A DNA stretch of 30,928 nt. It comes from Tubiluchus corallicola. Its lineage: Eukaryota; Animalia; Priapulida. Numbering within the stretch: the stretch's first letter is position 1; every line of letters starts with the position of its first letter. Below the pieces are notes generated by a model, which was given only the letters and a program-made list of their open reading frames with translations, was not told the origin of the DNA and ran no database searches. Both the position numbers and the translations under genes were made by a program. The stretch is taken from NCBI GenBank assembly GCA_030141605.1, contig JAQGDQ010000328.1, positions 236,933 through 267,860 on the forward strand, given 5' to 3'. Shown in pieces: positions 22,573 to 30,928 of this stretch.

Positions 22573-23132
22573 TAAGTCTATTACCAATTTTTAGAGATCA
22601 AATCACGAAAACTTCCGAACCAGGTTTTGTTGACATGCATGTCTGTCATGGCTTTTACATGACAGCTGGGCAGGTTGAAACTGGCCACTAAACGATAACA
22701 AAGGCAGAACGGTCTACCGCTAGGTAGCTCTTGCACCGGCTGAGAACAGTCCTGAGGTGTTGCATTACGTACCAAGGATGACGATCAAGCACACAATAGG
22801 CAGTGATGCGGAAATTAAGTTTAAATTATTTTAAATAAAATTAACCACGATTTCCACGTCACATCAGAAATATTCATCATCCCAGCACGAGTATCAAGAT
22901 TTGGAACAATATGGATATGTGGATTTGCCAAAACATTGTACCACCATTTTTAACAATCTGTGCAAACCATGTGTTTCCAGTAGTTGACGATAATGTAGCA
23001 ACATTCGACAAAAATATCCACATTGTACCAACATGATGACAACATTTTGTGAACATATTTTTGACAAGATCCTGACAAGATAGTAACCATAAAATAATGG
23101 TGACAATATTGTGTGCTGCCTGCGTAATTATA

Positions 23133-23211
<79 letters not shown>

Positions 23212-23245
23212 ATATTAATATTAATAATAATAATAATAATAATAA
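23133..23245. repeat. Compound (AAT)n-(ATT)7-(AATATT)2-(AAT)7 microsatellite
   Basis: Read directly; paralog of the 13264-13380 tract but with an internal inverted block. Confidence 0.95.
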
Positions 23246-23685
23246 CTTCGCAATAACAACCACAAATTAGTGTATAACAATGAGTTACAAAGTCTATAGA
23301 AGGACGGGATGGTGAAAGACCAAAAGTTCATCTAATCTGCCATCCCTAAAATAGAGAGTCTACTAATTTCAGCATGGCGAGCAAATATTATTAGAACAAA
23401 ATAAAAGAATAAAATAAGAAAACAGATCAAAATCAAATTAATAGCATAAAATTATGGTAAATAAAATTATGCAAATTTACGCAAAACAACGTGAAAACAA
23501 AATTTGTAAAGCAGAATTCTATAGGCTTGAAAACAAAACTACATGATTAAAAGCAAAATAGCTAACAAATTAATTTGGCTATGCAATAATGACACTAAAA
23601 GAAGCAAAGTTACATGTACCTGTACAGCGTGTGCTTCCAAAGCATCTGACTCAAGCTTTTGTATCACAGTTTATTTTCTCTGCAG

Positions 23686-23875
23686 ACCAAGACCTGCTCC
23701 AGTTGTTGCAGAAATGATGGTGAATACTACAACGGACATTGCTACTTGTTTTTCGACCATCCCCGTTGTAATTGGTTTCAGGCTGTGGTGAATTGCATAC
23801 TGGCAGATAGTGAGTTGGTGACCATTGAAAATGCAGCTGAAAGTCAGTTTGTACTAAATCAGTTACAAGTGAAGG
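23686..23875 (+). CDS. C-type lectin 2, coding exon 2
   Basis: ctctgcag|ACC ... AAGG|gtgagt; 190 nt, phase 0-1; TKTCSSCCRNDGEYYNGHCYLFFDHPRCNWFQAVVNCILADSELVTIENAAESQFVLNQLQVK. Confidence 0.93.
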
Positions 23876-24556
23876 GTGAGTTTAATCACGGAGAATGACA
23901 CTATAATAGTGTTGAGTTCCGTGGTATAATGAACATTTACTGCCCTGCTTAAGGCCCCGTACAGCCATGCAAGTTTCAGTTACGCAACTAAAAGTCGTGC
24001 AACTGAACAGCTTGGCAATTTTACCAAAATCAGTCGTCCAGACGTAAAATTTTTAATTGTGCAACTGGCATCTATAATTTGAAGAAGTTGCTTGCGTTTG
24101 TGCACTATTATTTTCCAAAAAGTGAAACGAAATTTATCAGAAGTATCAAGTGGATCCAATACCTAACCAGTGCTTAGTGAAAATGGCGTCTTTAAATGCC
24201 GTTATTATAAGTCTAAGTAGATTTGATGGACTTTTGCATAATATTTCTAATAGGCTGTCCTCATCACCTTATGGACCTTACTGTCAACAGATTGAAAAAA
24301 TTATTACTCATGGAAAATTGCTGTGTGCAGTTGCTTTACAACATTATTGTTTACTACTTGCGTAGCAGTTGTACACGGCGTACATTACTTTAAGAACAAA
24401 GGCTGTATAAAAGTGAATGAATGAAAGTATCTATGCAGTTGGAATACTTGAAATCCAAACACAAATGTCCTTTACCTTAATCATTTCATACTCAAATCCT
24501 ACTTATAATGCATTTTTTAGTTTTGTTGTGAATTGTTATACTGTAGTTACAGTACA

Positions 24557-25000
24557 TCCCTCGATGGTTACTTTACAGTTCACATTTCCATACTTTTGCA
24601 TCACGTCTCTGCTGAATTCCTTTCTATTTCGTTTCTCTTCTCACTTTCTCTATCTTCTTCTCCCACTTTGTCTCTACCGTTCTCTGTCTTTCTATGATTC
24701 TTTCTCTTGCCAACTAAGCAGTTTTCTTTCCACTTTTCATGACAGTTTCACAAGTTTTGCTTCTCGACCACCAATCAGCATACATTTCTGGTTGATAAAC
24801 TATTATGTAGTTTAGCGTTATGAAATATTAACATAGTTCAATTATTACAGTTATATTTTCATTTTTCCCTAGCTATGTGACATAATAACATATCAATACA
24901 ATTTTCTTTTAATTATTGTACTATTTTTGATTTGATTTATAATAGTTTTAATGTGATAATGTAAATTGTAATTATGCTTAAGTGGATTATAAATTACAAT
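24557..25000 (+). mobile_element. Copy-2-specific insertion, possibly a retroposon 3' fragment
   Basis: About 450 bp absent from copy 1; pyrimidine-rich body, AT-rich end and TTACAATTACAA tail resembling the TTACAGTACA target flank; family not identified. Confidence 0.35.
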
Positions 25001-26332
25001 TACAATCTGTTGATTGCATTGAAACTTAGTCGCATGTTCACTTTGATGATTTTATATTTTGGTCTCCTGTTTCTAAATTTGTGACCGAATCACTTAAATG
25101 ATGGCAGGAAAATCAGTGAGAATGATGTTTCTCCATTAAATTGATTCTCATTTCTTTCTTGTATATGGTGAATAGTGCCTCTTTATAAGATACTGCCTTT
25201 TTCTTAGCTTAACGATTGTGTTTGGTTAACTGCTGTGCAACTAAAAATTGCATGTCTGCGCGCTGTCATTGAAAACAATGCATTACAAAACAGTTGCGCA
25301 ACTAAATGTTTACACTCGTATTGCAACATTTAATTGCATATGTCTCTGAACTTGGCTTATCAAATTTGTTACAATGGATTTGAATCCTGTCTCTTCCGTT
25401 AATATGTGTGGATGAGCCCACTTATAAAACATTTAAAAAAAGCACGTTGAATGTCCTAGCTAGCCCTACTTTTCAAATCTGTACAGTTCAACTATGAAGT
25501 CAAATACTGTTATCTCATATCATTTAAAAAAATCGCAAATTGTTTTCGTATTATTTTCGTTGCCAGATGGCAGCACCATGCGAAATCTAACTTAAACACA
25601 CACATCAGTGGGGCATTATTTAACACCAGGACTCACAATAGTTATACAGCTGACACAAAAGCTTTTCCATGCAGCAAAACAGATTTTATATATTGTAAAC
25701 ACTACAAAACGCTTATCAGCACTTGCACCTGACTGAATTGTGAACAAAACTTGGTGTTATACGCCTGCTAGAAGACTCTACATACTTCATCAAGACGAAA
25801 CATATTGACTAATTTTGTCACGTACTTATTTTAATTATATTTTGTTATTCAATTACAAACTGTATAAAAGTTAGGTAAACGTAATAACGACCTATACTTT
25901 TCTATGCTAGCTCCAGCGGAACTAATAATGGACTTATAAAAACTACTCGTTTCTTGATTCTATAAATGATAGAACATACTGGGCCTACAAACGACTTTTT
26001 TGTTTTATTTACATCTGATTGCTTTCATCTGTAAGAGATGTCGATGATCCCTATATGGGTCTATCGTTTTCCAATTCTGAAATGCTATGACGTGTAAAAT
26101 TTTTGAATCACCTGGTCCAGGTTAGGTCTACCACATTCATTTCACAATCGTTGCAGATAGGTAAGATGTACTTTTTATCATGTAGTAATTAGGCCTAAAA
26201 ATGTGTAAAGAAAACCCGTTCACATAACACAGCAGGTCACCATTGCATAATTATACATATATTCAAAATGAGTGATGTTTTTTACGTATTCTTGTTACAT
26301 ATTAGCACGCTAACAAGGTAATTTTCTTATAG

Positions 26333-26553
26333 GAATGAGTTCTACGTGGATTGGAGGAACAGATACGCTAAGTGACGACAACTGGAGATGGATTTCCAAT
26401 GGCCAGAACATTACATTTACTAACTGGGGTGATGGTGAACCTGCCAACAAAGAACACTGCATAATACTGCTTGACAGAAAAAATCATCAATGGTCAGATA
26501 ATTTTTGTAAAGCCCCATATTATTCTTTCATTTGTGAATCTGATGCTAAGTAG
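26333..26553 (+). CDS. C-type lectin 2, coding exon 3 (EPA + WSD)
   Basis: ttcttatag|GA phase 1; WIGGTD...FTNWGDGEPANKEHC...WSDNFC...FICE, TAG stop. Spliced product 172 aa. Confidence 0.94.
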
Positions 26554-26636
26554 TTCAAAGTTTTCCTCATTTTAAGGTCCACGTAGCAAACCATCATTTA
26601 AAGGAAAACCGAATGATTGTGCAAACATTAGCTGAG

Positions 26637-26642
26637 AATAAA
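26637..26642 (+). terminator. Candidate polyadenylation signal of lectin 2
   Basis: AATAAA at the same position relative to the stop as in copy 1. Confidence 0.5.
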
Positions 26643-27842
26643 GAATGCTCTAAAATATGGAAAACTACAATAGCTTTTTTAAATCAAGGCTTAGATTAAA
26701 GTTTCTGACGTCATATGATGTAGAGCTCATTTTTCGTGACATTCAGCGTTTAAACAGTATTGTAGCACTTATGCACATGTGCTTGATGCGCAAGGGAAGA
26801 CTTCTGCCATTGCACAAACAGTGGTTAGGTTCTGACGTAAGCAGTAGCTGTGTTCGATTGCCGTTAATTAACTGTCTAAGCTAATTATTCGAATATAATG
26901 AACAACTGTTAACTTTTATAGGCAAGAAAATGTATACTTTGGACTGTAAATTAAAATGAGATTGAGTCTAAACAATCGTTCGGTCTTCCTTTAAATGCAA
27001 ATGTGTGCTCAGTTTCTTTTCAATATACTTTAAAATATTCCAATAACTTTATTATAGCAAGTTATGATTTTTAAGTAATATTAGACAGTCTTTTTAGTTC
27101 ACTTTCTTTTTAGACTATTTGTGATGCTTTGTTCACTGTTTATAAAAGTGTTAATGCAAGATACGTAATAATTTATAACCATTATTAATTCACTAATTAT
27201 TTTTAATTGATCAGTATGAAAATTTCATGTACTGTCATCTTCTAATGAACGTGAATTTGCTGGATGACTCACAAAATTTAATACTGTTAGTTTATAACAG
27301 CTTGTGAACGTTGATCCAACAACAGCAGCAAGACTAATAAGAGCAATTCCAAGTTTAAATGTCATATTCCTAGACGTAAGAACCATAGAACCATTTCATA
27401 CCAGTGAGGATTCCAAGTCTGTGAGGACTCAATTGATTTTGGTCTCGTACCTGAATCATCTCAAGATAAATTTTAATCTCGGAAAGCAAGGAAACTGAGT
27501 GGCAACGAAGCTCAAAGAGAAAATCTACTCGACTGACAGGCACGAGCGTACAAAGTAATTAACCAACAAACACTTTGTTAACAAAAAGATTGACAGAAAG
27601 CAGTAAAAAAACATTGTAATGCATTCATACCTGCAGAATGAAACTAGAAAGATGTGATTGGTAAAAATAAACAAACTTTTATTTACAGATAAATAAACAT
27701 CACTACACTATTTGTATTAATACTATACAGAAATTTACAAAATTGAATCAGTATTTGAATATCTGTCAGTAGGAAGTTGTCATTTTGGAACACTCAGCAT
27801 TAATAAAGATAAATCCAAAGTGCAAGATTTGCTCTATCAATG

Positions 27843-27898
27843 TCAGGCTAACAAGGAAGACTGGCTTCCATCTTTTGTTCTAGCCAGAAGCCGCCAAC
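27843..27898 (-). CDS. TTLL4: Probable terminal coding exon of a TTLL4-like gene entering from the right of the window
   Basis: atatttgtag|GT phase 1; GWRLLARTKDGSQSSLLA-stop; minus-strand AATAAA at 27678-27683; assignment inferred from the copy-1 exon structure. Confidence 0.55.
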
Positions 27899-28259
27899 CT
27901 ACAAATATTAATTATTTTCAGTTATTACAATTTATGCAACGATGACTTCAGCAGGACTATTGACAATTACATGTACATGTTAAAGAACCCAAATAAACAG
28001 TCTTAGTCAACAAATGAATTAATTTGCGAAGTTATTTTGTTTTCATACTTAAATACGTAAATATTTCAGGCAATGGGAACATGAGTGACCATGTTGTGCT
28101 TTTGGCTAAGTAGTTAAGTACAGCCAATCTTGTTTGTGAGTAACACCTGAAAGCCATTTCCCACTAATGCCTTTCTTATAAGGCTATGAGAAAATGTCCA
28201 TTAAAAGTTGGCAAGAATGATGTTTTAATCCTCTACCAATGATGAAGTTATCTGGCCAA

Positions 28260-29290
28260 GTTTCCACCTAATGTTTGACAATTCTATGATTTCTGATACC
28301 ATAGGAAGATGGGCCAGAGTCCCAATCGCAAGGTAAATAGTTCAAAACACCTTGCGAAAAGCGGATTTGCATCGAAGGTAAAGTGTAGTAACCACTTGGC
28401 TGCCCCGACAAGAGGTGACATCAAAGTGACTGACTGTAAATGGGTGCAAGTACGTCTGGTCCCAAATGTAGGGGAACTCGTCCAAGTTTTTCATGGACAG
28501 TTTGATTGGAAATACTCTCAGTTGACTGATGGAAATCAAATCACTATAGGGAGCGAATAGTCTGCATACAAAACTCTCTGTTGATGACAGTGTGTTGCTG
28601 TTTGAAATGGGATCTACTTCCAGGGTAAACATCAGGCAAAGGTCTAGGCCATATTGTTTACAGTTTTCATGCAGCAGGCTCGCCTACACCACCAAACTAG
28701 CTAGTGGCGTCATATGTGTTACTGCACGAAAAAAGTAAGGTTCTCAGGTTGTGTGCCAGGTAGTGTGGTTGCACTTACATTCACCTGTAAAGCACAGTGT
28801 TTCTAGGCAAGTCCCACCCTGACATTTCACTCAACACAACTGTGTACGTAAAAGCATACAAAGGGCCATTTGTTCCAGGTGTCTGCAACACACAATAAGA
28901 TTCTTAAATCTGCAGAATGTAGTACCACCAAGCAATGTTTTTTGCATCTGCTTCTTCAAATATAGAAGCCAAATATATCGAATGTCTCTATCTGATGTAT
29001 TTGTCAGGCGCTCTACTAATCAAAAACCTCTCTTTCGTTAGGTAGGTCAACCACTATTGGCTCAAATGAGAAATGATTTGCCAAGATTTCTTTATTTTGA
29101 TTTTGCAAATGACAGTAAGGAACGCCAGTCTTCAGGAAACTTTCTTTAGCTTCTTACTTATCACTCTTCTAATCCGTTTCCTATGAATCCTATCACCTTG
29201 ACGGTTTCTAGTGCACATTTCATAGAATTTTGATGATACGTGTCAAAACCACATGAACACGAGATGAAAATGTTTCAATATTATGCTCAT
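28260..29290 (-). mobile_element. Decayed DNA-transposon relic with XPG/FEN1-like nuclease motifs (AcademX-like)
   Basis: Collinear minus-strand motifs across stops and frameshifts: SRVHVV/FDTYHQNSMK (about 29220-29265), PEDWRSLLS../NKEILAN (about 29070-29140), LASIFEEADAK (28940-28972), VADT, FFRAVT/YDATS*FGGVGEPAA*KL (28660-28735), ESFVCRLF. These follow the recalled order VVFD.Y..S.K / P..W..FL...NK / HEEADT / DTD / HA.TGCDTTS.F.G.GK..AW / E.FVC.LY. Confidence 0.68.
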
Positions 29291-30085
29291 GCAGTAAATG
29301 GAACTAATTACATGTTCAGTTAGGTGACAGAGTAAGAATATTATCTCTATACTGCTGGTACTTCAAAATGCAAATTAGCACGACAAGATATGCTTAATAG
29401 TGCTAAACATGCTGACACTATAGCACTACATAATAGAGGGCTAATCATGATCTGGTCTATATTATATGAGGTTGGTCAGTTGGAACCAGTAAAGAACATT
29501 TTTCCAAAGTTTTGTGCAAATGTCGGTTTCCATAATTAAGATACATCATTCTGTCATAGTTTACATTAATTATGCATACTGTCTTAACTCTCAATTATTT
29601 TAACTCGTTTTTAATTATCAAAAGTAATTTCGGGAAACACTAACACAGCATGTGTTACTTGTAATGCAAATTTTCCGTAGATTTTTGTCGAAATGTAGCA
29701 TTTTCCGTTTTACCAGTGGCGTGCTGTCCATGCATGCAATGCATGCGTTCTCATTTCCAAAAAATAATTACGATGCAAAACGCAATTGTAAATATTTCTA
29801 ATAATTAACTATTAGTGCAAATATATCTTAACATTTTAAGCTCGTATTGTCTTATAATGTCGGAAGGCTACAGGTTTTGCAAGACCATCACACTACACAA
29901 GCGACGGAGCTGTATGCATTCACGATATTTTCCAATGTGAAAACACGCTCATTATTTAGACAGGGAGTTTGAAAGCGTGGCTTAATCGAAACTTGTCCAA
30001 TCACAATTAGCGGCAGCATTGTTTTTTATCCCAGGCTTATTGGTGAGAGAAATGCTGCCATTCATTCAACTTGGGTTTCGCTGCC

Positions 30086-30761
30086 CAGCTACACGTGAAT
30101 GTCTACATGCATCACGTGGTTTGTTTGAGCCACTGTTTAATACATACGGGTACAGCTACACATGAATGTCTACGTGCATCACGTGGTTTGTTTGAGCCAT
30201 TGTTTAATACATACGGGTACAGCTAGACGTGAATGTCTACGCACATCATGTGGTTTGTTTGAGCCATTGTTTAATACATTCGGGTACAGCTACACGTGAA
30301 TGTCTATGTGCATCACGTGGTTTGTTTGAGCCATTGTTTAATACATACGGGTACAGCTACACATGAACGTCTACGCGCATCATGTGGTTTGTTCGAGCCA
30401 TTGTTTAATACATTCGGGTACAGCTACACGTGAATGTGTATGTCCATCATGTGGTTTGTTTGAGCCATTGTTTTATACGTACACGGGTAGAGCTACACGT
30501 GAATGTCTACATGCATCACGTGGTTTGTTTGAGCCATTGTTTAATACATTCGGGTACAGCTACACATGAATGTCTACATGCATCATGTGGTTTGTTTGAG
30601 CCATTGTTTTATACGTACACGGGTACAGCTACACGTGAATGTCTACATGCATCACGTGGTTTGTTTGAGCCATTGTTTAATACATACACTAGTACAGCTA
30701 CACGTGAATGTCTACATGCATCACGTGGTTTGTTTGAGCCATTGTTTAATACATACAGGTA
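30086..30761. repeat. 67/69-bp minisatellite, 10 units
   Basis: Units start at 30086, 30153, 30220, 30287, 30354, 30421, 30490, 30557, 30626 and 30695; same consensus as 19207-19476. Confidence 0.97.
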
Positions 30762-30928
30762 ATACGTTGGGATCTGGTGAACTGTGTTTCTAACTTCTAA
30801 CAGACAATTTCTTGAAAAATCACAATATTTGAGTTTGTGCTCTATAAATAGATGGGTGATTATTTGGAAAACTGATGCTGGGTAGCTTCACCTAACATAC
30901 TTAACTCTTTGTATATTTTTGCATCCGA

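Larger units (their letters stand above)
21371..30928 (+). repeat. Segmental tandem duplication, copy 2 (runs off the window)
   Basis: Collinear with 12437-19676 across exons, introns, intergenic DNA and minisatellite. Confidence 0.95.

Noticed and set aside
22881-23126. CCCAG...CTGGG-bounded element with ACAAT/AACAT subrepeats
   Set aside because: The ends match over only about 5 nt; too degenerate to call.
28309-28632. ORFs 28309..28560 (+) and 28342..28632 (-) as host genes
   Set aside because: They lie in the decayed transposon relic, and the copy-1 equivalents have frame disruptions.
29714-29750. CAGTGGCG-type hAT terminus followed by a GCATGCAATGCATGC near-palindrome
   Set aside because: No partner TIR or TSD found nearby.
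30086-30793. Minisatellite as a CRISPR array, or its repetitive ORFs (also 19141-19507) as proteins
   Set aside because: Units are contiguous with no unique spacers, there are no cas genes and the context is eukaryotic. The 67-nt period shifts frame, so the ORFs are by-products.

Overview
AT-rich, intron-containing animal (invertebrate-type) genomic DNA. I see no prokaryotic, RNA-gene or CRISPR features. Left part: the 3' portion of a + strand gene with six one-exon-per-domain EGF repeats (794-3061, all phase 1-1). It probably ends in a terminal exon (9897-10252) encoding a basic furin-type cluster and a non-canonical Ig-like domain. The long intervening intron holds a young, full-length P-element-superfamily transposon (3987-7193; perfect 63-bp TIRs, 8-bp TSD CAAGACAC). 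Its intronless THAP-DDE transposase is broken by one in-frame TAA. LINE relics lie nearby. Right part: a head-to-tail segmental duplication (copy 1 12437-21370; copy 2 21371 to beyond the window). Each copy carries an intact 172-aa secreted C-type lectin gene (+) and the 3' end of a convergent TTLL4-like gene (-). By manual count the two lectins differ at 33 amino-acid-changing codons but only 3 synonymous-only codons, and the sugar-binding motif differs (QPD vs EPA). The copy-1 TTLL4 exons look orphaned and carry a premature TGA at a conserved Trp position. The duplicated unit also contains an AcademX-like relic, MITEs, (AAT)n tracts and a 67-bp E-box-rich minisatellite (4 vs 10 units). All coordinates, alignments and family assignments were made by eye and from recalled motifs; no searches were run.
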